Below the pieces are notes generated by a model. The model did no database searches and was not told the DNA's origin. It worked only from the letters and a program-made list of their open reading frames with translations. Made by a program: the position numbers and the translations under genes. This document shows positions 36,514-44,638 of a stretch of DNA of 64,000 bases, piece after piece. This DNA comes from a virus, in the IMG/VR virus record IMGVR_UViG_3300024520_000060, positions 5,997-69,996 of that record, one strand, 5' to 3'. The first letter of the stretch is position 1. Each line of letters starts with the position of its first letter.

Positions 36514-36659
36514 GATTGACCTCGGCAGGCGTTGCGGTTGGCTTGTTTCTTGCGGTTGGTGAACGAGCGGGCCCGACCCTTGGTGGTGCTGGCCAGGCCG
36601 GCACCGCGTCGTTTGGCTTGCTCGACTCCCATCGGCAACTTCTTCGTGTGATTCTTCAT
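36510..36659 (-). CDS. 49-aa basic early peptide
   Basis: MKNHTKKLPMGVEQAKRRGACLASTTKGRARSFTNRKKQANRNACRGQS*, behind a full module. Confidence 0.7.
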   Translation of the reverse strand: MKNHTKKLPMGVEQAKRRGAGLASTTKGRARSFTNRKKQANRNACRGQS

Positions 36660-36710
36660 GCCTTCAACCTACCCCGACATCTGACCCGGGGCTACTTTGA
36701 TCGGGATTTC
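36654..36710 (-). promoter_or_regulatory. promoter module (57-bp exact repeat of 37461-37517)
   Basis: TAGCCC-N17-TAGGTT-GAAGGC-ATGAAG. Confidence 0.85.
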
Positions 36711-36711
36711 C

Positions 36712-37119
36712 TTACAGCATGCCTTCCAGGTGCTGCTCGGATACACCTGAACGCTTCGGAACCTTGTACTCGAACCCGTGACCATAGTAGCCGTTCTGGG
36801 AGTTGAACAGGTGGAGGTACATCCGAGAGGAACCACCGTCGTTCCTACGCAAGCGGAAGATCGCGACACCACCATACTCAAGATGTTCGGGCTCGGCCTC
36901 TACCACTTTCCAGGTGGTGTCGAACTCCCAGTTCTCCCAGTCCAGCTCCTTGTCTGTGTCCTCATAGGCGTCGAACTCTAGCTTGGGCTCTGGGCTGAGA
37001 AACCAGTCAGCGTGCTCACAGCAGTCGTGTGTACTGTCGTAGCCAACGAACACGTTGTGCTCGTCTACGAAGTTGTGTTTCTCATGGTAGATACCGTTTG
37101 CTGATTCGAAGTATTTCAT
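36712..37119 (-). CDS. hypothetical phage protein
   Basis: HDCCE...NSQNGYYG motif common in small phage proteins. Confidence 0.7.
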   Translation of the reverse strand: MKYFESANGIYHEKHNFVDEHNVFVGYDSTHDCCEHADWFLSPEPKLEFDAYEDTDKELDWENWEFDTTWKVVEAEPEHLEYGGVAIFRLRRNDGGSSRMYLHLFNSQNGYYGHGFEYKVPKRSGVSEQHLEGML

Positions 37120-37466
37120 GATGCGTTGTGTACCGTGTGGGCGTTCCAGCCAGCGACGAAGGAGGTGATACTCGGTTCGCCCACTCCTTTGTAGTCCTTC
37201 ACGAAGTTGAACCAGGCAGTTCGGATGACGGGAGAAGCCTGACGACTACAGACGACCTGTCGCGTGCGGGTCTCGTTGGCGTAGACCGAAGCCTCGTCAC
37301 GATAGTACCCTTCCGTCTTGCTGACCCAGCAGCCAGCCTTGACCAGGCATTCGGCAGCCTGGGCAGCCTCGTGACAATCCAGACGCGCCCCGATGAGCTC
37401 CGCGTCCGACATCCGCTTGGCTTGGGCTTTCTTCGCGACCCAATCGATTTCCGTTGTTTGCTTCAT
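37116..37466 (-). CDS. hypothetical early protein
   Basis: MKQTTE start behind module. Confidence 0.7.
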   Translation of the reverse strand: MKQTTEIDWVAKKAQAKRMSDAELIGARLDCHEAAQAAECLVKAGCWVSKTEGYYRDEASVYANETRTRQVVCSRQASPVIRTAWFNFVKDYKGVGEPSITSFVAGWNAHTVHNAS

Positions 37467-37517
37467 GCCTTCAACCTACCCCGACATCTGACCCGGGGCT
37501 ACTTTGATCGGGATTTC
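37461..37517 (-). promoter_or_regulatory. promoter module (57-bp exact repeat of 36654-36710)
   Basis: Identical sequence; its TAG is also the stop of the GGDEF gene. Confidence 0.85.
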
Positions 37518-37969
37518 TTCTGATTGAACATGGAACGGTCCGCCATTTCCAGCGAGGAGCCCATGCCCACCGATGCGTTGACCCAGCAGTCGTTACTGTA
37601 CCATTTCGAGATCACCTGGAAGATCCTGTGAGCCCCAGCAGAGGTCGAGCACCAGACAACGAACTCGTCGCCTCCCAGCCTACTGACCACGTGATCCGTG
37701 TGCTTCCTCACAGATCGCTGAAGGAACTCTGCAAACTCACGGAGGATACGGTCCCCGTAGAGGTGGCCGTCCGGGTGCGCGTCCTGAGCAGCCTTGAACT
37801 TGTTCAGGTCAGCCACAATGAACCAACCCTCCCGAGCATTGACTTTGCTCTCTAGACCTCGTCGGTTGGACAGGTCGGTCAGGGGGTCTGTTTCAGCGAG
37901 GTGCCGGAACTCGTCGCGCTGACGCTCCAACACATCGATGCGGTTCAGTAGCTGTGCGGTTGTTTCCAT
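37499..37969 (-). CDS. GGDEF-domain protein (diguanylate cyclase-like)
   Basis: TDPLTDLSNRRG, ADLNKFK, GHLYGDRIL, SRLGGDEF; short N-terminal coiled coil. Confidence 0.9.
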   Translation of the reverse strand: METTAQLLNRIDVLERQRDEFRHLAETDPLTDLSNRRGLESKVNAREGWFIVADLNKFKAAQDAHPDGHLYGDRILREFAEFLQRSVRKHTDHVVSRLGGDEFVVWCSTSAGAHRIFQVISKWYSNDCWVNASVGMGSSLEMADRSMFNQKKSRSK

Positions 37970-38003
37970 GCCTCACCCTACCCCCGGATCCGGCCCGGGG
38001 CTA
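37967..38003 (-). promoter_or_regulatory. promoter module for the GGDEF gene
   Basis: TAGCCC-CGGGCCGGATCCGGGGG-TAGGGT-GAGGC-ATG; the TAG is the ClpP stop. Confidence 0.8.
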
Positions 38004-38570
38004 ATCTTTCTCTGACCAAATCTGGTCGATCAGGCCCCACTCCAGAGCCTGTTCGGCACCGAAGTATCGATCGGTGCTCGCCTTGCTGAGTCGCGACCAG
38101 TGCCTGTAGGGCATGTCAGTGTACTTGGCGAGTAGCCTGTCCATCCGCTCACACCGTCGCTTGATTGCCGCCATGGTGCCGTCCACGTTCGCCATCTGAC
38201 CGTCGAGTTCTACGCTCGCTGTGTGCAGCATGAACTCGCAGTTCTCGCTGGCGTACCGCTCGCCGCGACTCCCACAGGCCACGAGGAAGGGAGCTGCCGA
38301 CATGCACATCCCGAGCGCTGTGGTGCGGACCGGCACCCTGATGGTACGGGTCACATCGTGGAGGGCGAACGTCTCGTCGATATCCCCACCGTAGCTGGCG
38401 ATGAAGAGGTCAATCGGTGAGTCACCATCGTCCGCCATGAGGTACATGCCTCGGATGGCCGTCGCGATGGTGTCAGACTCTACGTCACCCTGGAGGAAAA
38501 TCCTCCGACCTCGGACGTCGATGCCGTACTCTAGAGCAGCCTCCAGGTTGACCTTGAACGCGTCGGTCAT
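38001..38570 (-). CDS. clpP: ClpP-family protease
   Basis: RRIFLQGDV, IDLFIASYGG, GMCMSAA (catalytic Ser), FMLH, DRYFGAEQALEWGLID. Confidence 0.9.
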   Translation of the reverse strand: MTDAFKVNLEAALEYGIDVRGRRIFLQGDVESDTIATAIRGMYLMADDGDSPIDLFIASYGGDIDETFALHDVTRTIRVPVRTTALGMCMSAAPFLVACGSRGERYASENCEFMLHTASVELDGQMANVDGTMAAIKRRCERMDRLLAKYTDMPYRHWSRLSKASTDRYFGAEQALEWGLIDQIWSEKD

Positions 38571-38806
38571 TTCGGGAGGTTGAGCCAGGCGTGTTGGTCA
38601 GACCCGGGACAGCGGTCCCGAGCGGTACCCTCCCTGGAGTGGCGGAAGGGCCTGACTGAACGAAAGACGTCGCCGAACTTCGTGGTCTCCCTGGCGCGGA
38701 ACGGACGCCCACACACCCTGCAGAACACGGGCCTTTCGCCGGCAAGGGCCTCTTCGAACTGAATCGTGAGTTCCTTCTGGAGTTTTGCGTACTCGTCGCT
38801 GTTCAT
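38567..38806 (-). CDS. small Cys/His protein
   Basis: CRVC...RH...CPGS. Confidence 0.6.
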   Translation of the reverse strand: MNSDEYAKLQKELTIQFEEALAGERPVFCRVCGRPFRARETTKFGDVFRSVRPFRHSREGTARDRCPGSDQHAWLNLPK

Positions 38807-39087
38807 TTCTTCAGCACCTCGTGTACAGCATCAAGACCGAACGCTTCGATTAGACGATCGATGATCTGCTCCATATTCGCGATTCGCTTGTCCCGAGCCT
38901 CGATCTCGTCGGCCGCAATGTCGGTCAGCTCTTCGCCTTCCGCTCTCAGATGCTGGAGGATGTCGACAGTCTCCCAGCAATCGCGGGAGCAGAACTCGTA
39001 GAGCCAAGGCTTGTCGATGTCGTTGGAAGCCTCTATGGTCAGGGCATCACGGTCACAGTCGGGACCACAGCAGGGGAGGTTGGTCAT
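38803..39087 (-). CDS. small zinc-finger plus coiled-coil protein
   Basis: CCGPDC...FCSRDC. Confidence 0.6.
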   Translation of the reverse strand: MTNLPCCGPDCDRDALTIEASNDIDKPWLYEFCSRDCWETVDILQHLRAEGEELTDIAADEIEARDKRIANMEQIIDRLIEAFGLDAVHEVLKK

Positions 39088-40397
39088 AGTTTGAAGTCCG
39101 GTAGCCAGAGTTGTTGGGGGTCGGGCTCTCCGAGCCCTGGGTTTTCGTACACCTTGCCTTCAATCACACAGATCCCCTCGCTCGTGACGACAGGGTACTG
39201 ATGGACCCGGCCTCCCGGGTGCACGAAGCATACCCCGAAACCTGTCTGCCAGCCTGTATTTCTCTTCTTGAACATGTAGCTCCGACCGGCCCGGGGCACA
39301 CAGCCCATCGGAGTTGACATCCAGGATCGGGCTCCTCCGCGTTCTTCGGTGGCGAAGGCCATCCCGGCCCGGTGAACGTGGCCACTCTGTCCCGAGTAGC
39401 CGTGGTCCCGAAGCTCAGTCAGGGCCGGTGTCTGCCCAAGGGCATGGCCGTGGTAGATCAGGTAGAAGTCATGGAAGAGGGTACCCGGTAGATGGTCCTC
39501 AGTCCCCACAGGTGACGCGATGGTGCCACCTTGGGCCAACTTCACCCCATACTCCGCAACTCCCGCCAGGCGGTCGAAGCGGAGCTCCTCGACGTCGCCC
39601 ACCTTGATGCCCAGCCCACTCAGGGAGCCGGACACTTGGCTGAGGTACATGGCGATGCGGTCCAGACCGTGGTTGCCACTGCCCCAGATGAGCTCTCCGT
39701 CGTAGACCTCCCTGATCTGACGCATCATCTCACGAGCGAAGGCGAACTCCATGCTCATGGGAACTGACCAGCCCGGGATCTTCGGGTGACGACTGATGGC
39801 CGCACCCTCCAGGATGTCTCCGTTCAGGTAGACATAGTCGGGCTCCAGCTCCTGGATGGTACGGAGGAAGCACCACCAGGTGAAGGGGTCCAGGAAGGTG
39901 GCGTGGGTATCTGAGATGCTGACGACACACTCGACGTCGCACAGTCCTCGCTCGTCTGGGTCGTACACGTGGGGATGCATGTACCGTTCCTGGTAACGAC
40001 CACCATGCTCTCGCCTACTCTGTTGGGCCCTTGCTGCCTTGGCCGTCCGGGTTCCAGGCTGGTCAGCCAGGCCCGCTACCTGCTTGGCGTGTTCGAATTG
40101 GCCGAACTCCTGCTCCAGGAAGGAGATGTACCATCGGCCGAATCGCTTGTACCTCTTCCGACTGAGGGTCTTGTCCTTGTAGAAGGGGTTGGTCTGAGGG
40201 TCTGACGCCACCCTGCGCATGTCGGCGAGGAGGTCCTCGGTGGTGGGCGGTTCCTTGATCTTGGAGTTGCGCTCGCGCTCCTCCTCGGCAGCCTCTTCGG
40301 CCTTCCGGAGATGGTACTTCTTGAGTTCAGCCTCGTTCTTCCGAACACTGTCGGGAGCGGAGAGGAATGAACTGAGGTCGTGGGGTTCGTCTGTCAT
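39084..40397 (-). CDS. calcineurin-like metallophosphoesterase
   Basis: ISDTH, LNGDILE, GNH, YHG, GHVHR motifs; likely start MTDEPH at 40397. Confidence 0.88.
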   Translation of the reverse strand: MTDEPHDLSSFLSAPDSVRKNEAELKKYHLRKAEEAAEEERERNSKIKEPPTTEDLLADMRRVASDPQTNPFYKDKTLSRKRYKRFGRWYISFLEQEFGQFEHAKQVAGLADQPGTRTAKAARAQQSRREHGGRYQERYMHPHVYDPDERGLCDVECVVSISDTHATFLDPFTWWCFLRTIQELEPDYVYLNGDILEGAAISRHPKIPGWSVPMSMEFAFAREMMRQIREVYDGELIWGSGNHGLDRIAMYLSQVSGSLSGLGIKVGDVEELRFDRLAGVAEYGVKLAQGGTIASPVGTEDHLPGTLFHDFYLIYHGHALGQTPALTELRDHGYSGQSGHVHRAGMAFATEERGGARSWMSTPMGCVPRAGRSYMFKKRNTGWQTGFGVCFVHPGGRVHQYPVVTSEGICVIEGKVYENPGLGEPDPQQLWLPDFKL

Positions 40398-40648
40398 AGT
40401 TGCGTGAATCCAAGATGCATCCGGAGGTGGATGCGGAGTGTCTTCTCTGAGCCCATGCCCCACTTGGGGCCGAAGTAGCCGGACCAGATTGAATGGATGG
40501 TGTGGTGGATGGTGCCGTCCATCCGCCCTGCTGCGTACTCGGCCACCTCGGCGGCGAGCTTGGGATTCTTGCAGACGGAGCACATCGGGGAAACCCGAGT
40601 GCCAGGGGGAGGAGCCTCACCTTTGAGAAAGTCGCGGAATTCACTCAT
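40394..40648 (-). CDS. small CxxC..HxxxH zinc-binding protein
   Basis: CSVC...LRIHLRMH; start at 40648 set by TAGCCT-N17-TAGACT-N6-ATG. Confidence 0.65.
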   Translation of the reverse strand: MSEFRDFLKGEAPPPGTRVSPMCSVCKNPKLAAEVAEYAAGRMDGTIHHTIHSIWSGYFGPKWGMGSEKTLRIHLRMHLGFTQL

Positions 40649-40683
40649 GACCATAGTCTACCCCGAACAGGGCCGGAAGGCTA
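40646..40683 (-). promoter_or_regulatory. promoter module variant (TAGCCT, no dyad)
   Basis: TAGCCT-TCCGGCCCTGTTCGGGG-TAGACT-ATGGTC-ATG. Confidence 0.75.
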
Positions 40684-40685
40684 GG

Positions 40686-40716
40686 AAAAGAGAGCCCGAC
40701 TGGGAGTCGGACTCTC
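40686..40716 (-). terminator. intrinsic terminator
   Basis: Minus strand GAGAGTCCGACT-CCC-AGTCGGGCTCTC-TTTT. Confidence 0.75.
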
Positions 40717-40759
40717 GCTAGATATTGTCACCTCCTTGTCAGCGGGGTGTGCCCCTACT

Positions 40760-41239
40760 CTACCGGAAGGCTGCAGGATGGGTAGGGGAAACCTTCAATC
40801 GTGCCTCCCGCATGGACTGGATGACGTCCCCGTACCTTGCTGCGGTGTAGACGTCCAGCAGCCGAGCGTACTCCTGACAGAACTCAGGCCCATGGGCAGC
40901 GAGATCCCAGGAGTCAGGACCCAGGTCCCGACGACGTCTCTGGATGGAGTGGGTGAGCTCGTGGAGCACATACCACGTTGTCTGGGTGACACGGTAGGAG
41001 CCCGACAACTTGATGAGGTGGCCCGTTGCGGTGCCCCTTCCTCGGTTGTTCATGACCCGAATCTTCGGGACCGAGCCGAGGTGAGCCCACTCCTGGGCCC
41101 AGACCTCGTTGACCAGCCGTTGGGCCCCAGCCTCTCCGAGCGGGGTGTTCTCTTTGTCGGTGACCAACCATGCCGAACCGAGTTCTGCGAGTTCCCATCC
41201 GTAGAGCTTGGATCTCTGACTGTCTCTTTGTTTCTTCAT
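40760..41239 (-). CDS. HExxH zinc metallopeptidase-like (SprT-like) protein
   Basis: VLHELTH...HGPEF; MKKQ start behind module. Confidence 0.75.
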   Translation of the reverse strand: MKKQRDSQRSKLYGWELAELGSAWLVTDKENTPLGEAGAQRLVNEVWAQEWAHLGSVPKIRVMNNRGRGTATGHLIKLSGSYRVTQTTWYVLHELTHSIQRRRRDLGPDSWDLAAHGPEFCQEYARLLDVYTAARYGDVIQSMREARLKVSPTHPAAFR

Positions 41240-41277
41240 GCCTCAAGATACCCCGAGATCTGAGACGGGGCTACTTT
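41237..41277 (-). promoter_or_regulatory. promoter module
   Basis: AAAG-TAGCCC-CGTCTCAGATCTCGGGG-TATCTT-GAGGC-ATGAAGAAA. Confidence 0.85.
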
Positions 41278-41291
41278 ACTCTCTAGATATG

Positions 41292-41331
41292 AAAAGGCCC
41301 GCACCCCCATGAAGAAATCAGGGTGCGGGCC
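41292..41331 (-). terminator. intrinsic terminator with a 14-nt loop antisense to early gene starts
   Basis: Minus strand GGCCCGCACCC-TGATTTCTTCATGG-GGGTGCGGGCC-TTTT; perfect 11-bp stem, 24 nt after the DUF932 stop. Confidence 0.85.
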
Positions 41332-41355
41332 GAGGCTCCGTCAGGAGAGGTGCCT

Positions 41356-42378
41356 CTAGACACTGGCGAGCGCGACCTTCATGGCCATGGCCTTGTCGCG
41401 GCTGCTCGCTCCGAAGATGTTGTTGCCGACCCGAGCATCAGACTCGTCGATGCCCCCGAAGTTGCCGCGATCGTGGTCGTGGAACTCGGTGACCGCATTG
41501 AGTGCCGCCCATGCGGTGCCCTGGATGCCGCGAATCTTCTGACGCTCGTTGCAGAGGTTGACTTCCCACTGCTCGATGAGGTTAGTACGCTTCAGCGTGA
41601 GACGCTCGAGGATCTCTGCCGAGACTTGGAGCGGTTCCGGGAGGGTACCGTAGGTTGCATCGTAGATGCTCTCGAGGAGCTTGTGAGTTCCCTCAGCGGT
41701 CAGCTTCTTGCCCACCAGGGCAGTGACCTTCTCCTGGAACTTCTCGGCCTGACCGATGGCGAGCCCAAGCACCGTCTGGGCTTGCTTGATCTTGTTCTCG
41801 AAGTTGCCGGTGTGCTGGAACTTGATGCCGCCAGCGTTCTGCTCAGACCACGCCAAGGTGTTCGCGCAGCAGACGCGGATGGCCGTGTCGTAGCAGGCTG
41901 CCGCAGCCGTGCCGCCGTGGCCGTTCTGGACCAGGATGTACTGCTCGAGCACATCGTCGGCCGAGGCCCGGATGATACCGGGCAGCTTGACCAGGACGAA
42001 CACCCGACGGCTGTCGTAGAGCGAGCCAGCCGTCTCAACCGTGACCGCCGCATCCTGACCAGCGAGGGCGTCAGCGAAGGCAGCGACGTCCTTGTTCTGG
42101 AAGGGAGTGTAGCTCTCAGTGACGAGGCCGAGCAGCTGACTGGTGTCGCTGCGGAGGTGTGCCCGGTAGGGGTTCTTCCCGGCGAGCGGGACTTGGGTGC
42201 CGTTCGCCATGGTGGCGGTGAGCGGAGCGAGCTCGGTGTCCCAGTCAAGGCCGATGAAGGGGAATGCCTCCTGAGCGGAGAGACCTTCTTCGATCTCGCT
42301 ACCCAGACCGTGCCATGCACGCTGCCCGTTCTTCCTGACTTCGCCGTACCTGTCCGTTCCCATGATCATGTGAGCCAT
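41356..42378 (-). CDS. DUF932 family protein (LGT_TIGR03299-like)
   Basis: AWHGLG, LDW, Y.PFQN, VETAGSL, NGHGG, IRVCCANTL, GTAWAALNAVTEFHDH; start MAH at 42378 with GGAG SD. Confidence 0.9.
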   Translation of the reverse strand: MAHMIMGTDRYGEVRKNGQRAWHGLGSEIEEGLSAQEAFPFIGLDWDTELAPLTATMANGTQVPLAGKNPYRAHLRSDTSQLLGLVTESYTPFQNKDVAAFADALAGQDAAVTVETAGSLYDSRRVFVLVKLPGIIRASADDVLEQYILVQNGHGGTAAAACYDTAIRVCCANTLAWSEQNAGGIKFQHTGNFENKIKQAQTVLGLAIGQAEKFQEKVTALVGKKLTAEGTHKLLESIYDATYGTLPEPLQVSAEILERLTLKRTNLIEQWEVNLCNERQKIRGIQGTAWAALNAVTEFHDHDRGNFGGIDESDARVGNNIFGASSRDKAMAMKVALASV

Positions 42379-42419
42379 TGTTCTTTTCTCCGTGAAAGGT
42401 GTTTGCTTCAGACGCAAAC

Positions 42420-42452
42420 AGTGTACCCGGCCCTGCCCGAGAAGGCTACTTT
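42420..42452 (-). promoter_or_regulatory. promoter module variant driving a leadered transcript (DUF932)
   Basis: AAAG-TAGCCT-TCTCGGGCAGGGCCGGG-TACACT, then a ~35-nt leader with SD instead of an immediate ATG. Confidence 0.75.
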
Positions 42453-42468
42453 ATCTCAGATCTTTGTC

Positions 42469-43188
42469 TCAGCCACTGAACTGAGCGATCATCAGGTCGG
42501 AGATCATGAACCATGTGCCATCAGTGAGGCCAAACTGCCAGGAATGACCAACATGACTCTGGACAGCATCTGTGATGCTGTCAGGGTCGTGTCCGTAGAG
42601 GCGGGCAATCGTGGAGATGGTGTCCACCTGTTTCGCCGTGAATGTACCCGGCCAACCGCCACGATCATAGGTGCCCAACCCGTGGGGGTCGATGAACCCA
42701 CAATGGTAGCACTTCGCATGGTTCTCCCCGGTGGTGGGGTTGACCACCATGTCATTCATATCGTGCTGGCCACTGAGCCACTTCTGACAGATGGAGGGAA
42801 GCACGGTGTTGAACTCGTCGATCGCGTGGGCGGTCTGCTGGGTAGAGCTCGTCAGCTTGTCCAAGGCAGTAGTGATGACGTCCTCTGCGAGCTTCTTCCC
42901 GAGCCTCTCCATGAGCTCCTTGTCTGGGGCGGGGAAGTGGTGGCCACCCTTCAGGGGTTCCTGCTCGGCGTCGCGCCCATACCCACTGACTTCGGCGGAC
43001 CTCCGACACTCGTCACCATAGGTGGACATCTTCATGTCCCCTACAGTGAACGAGTAGGACTCTTCGGCTTTCAGCTTTCCGTCCTGGGCTAGGAGTACCT
43101 GGCCCATGGCGTCGCGCTCGCTCTCTGCCTGGATAGTCCCGGAGTCGATATGCTTCGACCCGCAGTAGATCTTCCACTTGATCTTCAT
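42469..43188 (-). CDS. hypothetical protein
   Basis: 239 aa, coupled operon. Confidence 0.6.
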   Translation of the reverse strand: MKIKWKIYCGSKHIDSGTIQAESERDAMGQVLLAQDGKLKAEESYSFTVGDMKMSTYGDECRRSAEVSGYGRDAEQEPLKGGHHFPAPDKELMERLGKKLAEDVITTALDKLTSSTQQTAHAIDEFNTVLPSICQKWLSGQHDMNDMVVNPTTGENHAKCYHCGFIDPHGLGTYDRGGWPGTFTAKQVDTISTIARLYGHDPDSITDAVQSHVGHSWQFGLTDGTWFMISDLMIAQFSG

Positions 43189-43613
43189 CAGGTGGTCTCA
43201 GCCCCCGGGAGGAATCGGTGACTGCACTCGGGACACTCGAGGACGCCTGCCGGAGCAGCCGAGTGCTTCTGGATCTCATTGTTGATCACGATCAGCATGT
43301 AGCGGTCCTCCAGTTCCTCACCCTGGCAGATCATGAAATCCCCGCCCTGGAACTCCAGGGTAGCCACCTCTCGGAGGAAGTTCAGTGCCTCCCGCATACC
43401 ATAGGTCTTCTCGGACCCGTTCCACCTGAGCCCATGCAGCTCCTCGGTCAACTCCAGGTCAAAGTGGTTGAACGGGAGCTCCACGCCCGGGACGCCCAAG
43501 GAGGGGTCCAGATCTCGCTTGTCCTTGCCCAGGTACTGGTTCAGGATGCGGACCCTCTCCAGGTTCAGGTTGCGGATGCGGATCGTACCGACGTACTCTG
43601 TGCTGTAGCCCAT
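43188..43613 (-). CDS. hypothetical phage protein
   Basis: MGYSTEYVG..LRWNGSEKTY..QGEELEDRY pattern; C-terminal CPEC. Confidence 0.7.
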   Translation of the reverse strand: MGYSTEYVGTIRIRNLNLERVRILNQYLGKDKRDLDPSLGVPGVELPFNHFDLELTEELHGLRWNGSEKTYGMREALNFLREVATLEFQGGDFMICQGEELEDRYMLIVINNEIQKHSAAPAGVLECPECSHRFLPGAETT

Positions 43614-43789
43614 CAGAATTCCTCTACTTCCTTGACGGTCTCGACGTCGTACAGTTGATAGTCTCGCTCGTGTTCCGAGACGAAGGTGTCCCAGTTGTTC
43701 GGATCGTAGGGGTCGGCCTTGTCGTCCTCGATCTCAATCTCGAGCTCAACTTGGGCGCGGTACTCGGCAATGATGATGTAGCGTTTCAT
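43613..43789 (-). CDS. 58-aa acidic protein
   Basis: MKRYIIIAEYRAQVELEIEIEDD...VEEF*; TGATG coupling. Confidence 0.55.
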   Translation of the reverse strand: MKRYIIIAEYRAQVELEIEIEDDKADPYDPNNWDTFVSEHERDYQLYDVETVKEVEEF

Positions 43790-43858
43790 GAGAGGAGGCT
43801 CGTCATCTTCACGATGTAGGTCACGATGATGGCGCCAAGGACCAACGCCCAGAACAGG

Positions 43859-44194
43859 TCACGCTTCTTCACACTCAAACTCCGTGTAGGGTACTTCACC
43901 TTCAGAGGTGAGGACAATGACTTCGCTCGTGTACCACCAGTCCAGGACTTCCACCTGCTCTCTAGGGTAGTCTTCCGTGGCCCTGAGCCACAGCTTGGTG
44001 CCCACCTCGGGGCCTACCGGATCGGGAAAGAGAGCCGAGTGCATCTCCTTCGTGTGTCTGTCGCAGAGGTCCACCCCCTCCTCGGGCACGATCCATTTCG
44101 TGGACCCAAGGGTGTAGTGGGTGGTTCCCTCGTCTTTGCATCGGGGCCACTGACAGATATACCCGTCAGCCTCCCGCCACCTCGGTTGCTTCAC
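43859..44194 (-). CDS. hypothetical zinc-binding protein
   Basis: CQWPRC...LCDRH. Confidence 0.6.
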   Translation of the reverse strand: MKQPRWREADGYICQWPRCKDEGTTHYTLGSTKWIVPEEGVDLCDRHTKEMHSALFPDPVGPEVGTKLWLRATEDYPREQVEVLDWWYTSEVIVLTSEGEVPYTEFECEEA

Positions 44195-44427
44195 AGGCTC
44201 CGAAGCTCGTCTTCGAGTTCCTCGTCGACTTCGATCAGGTCGCTGATCTTCGAGCGAAGACCGTAGAGATAAACCTCCACATCCATCCCGGTGGGGATGG
44301 CGTAGCTCTTGATGAACCCGAGCTTCTTGAGCTCCATCAGGTCCTCGATCATCGCGTCGATGTCGCAGTGTGCCGTGCGGCCCAGGGGGATGTTGATTCC
44401 ATCATCGTTGTCTGTTTGATTCTTCAT
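44191..44427 (-). CDS. acidic early protein
   Basis: MKNQ start behind TAGCCT-N17-TAGAGT-GAAGCC. Confidence 0.7.
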   Translation of the reverse strand: MKNQTDNDDGINIPLGRTAHCDIDAMIEDLMELKKLGFIKSYAIPTGMDVEVYLYGLRSKISDLIEVDEELEDELRSL

Positions 44428-44463
44428 GGCTTCACTCTACCTCACTCACACGGGAAGGCTACT
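44425..44463 (-). promoter_or_regulatory. promoter module variant
   Basis: GAG-TAGCCT-TCCCGTGTGAGTGAGG-TAGAGT-GAAGCC-ATGAAGAATCA (spacer 16). Confidence 0.75.
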
Positions 44464-44482
44464 CTGTCTGGAATCTTTGTGT

Positions 44483-44638
44483 CTACTCGTCGATGCGGTC
44501 GCCCACTGTGATGTCGCCATCGCCATCGGTGGAGGTGTCGAACTGGGCACCACAGATGCTGCAGGTACAGGTGTCACTGTAGGGGCCGTCGCTGTGTAGA
44601 TCCATGGCGTGACAGATGGGGCATTCTTCGAACATCAT
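44483..44638 (-). CDS. 51-aa zinc-ribbon protein
   Basis: MMFEECPICHAMD...TCTCSICGAQF. Confidence 0.55.
   Translation of the reverse strand: MMFEECPICHAMDLHSDGPYSDTCTCSICGAQFDTSTDGDGDITVGDRIDE

Noticed and set aside
41323-43092. Long plus-strand ORFs (also 810-2075, 6548-8176, 18002-19444, 56367-57617)
   Set aside because: Antisense shadows of well-supported minus-strand genes; expected with high-GC codon bias.
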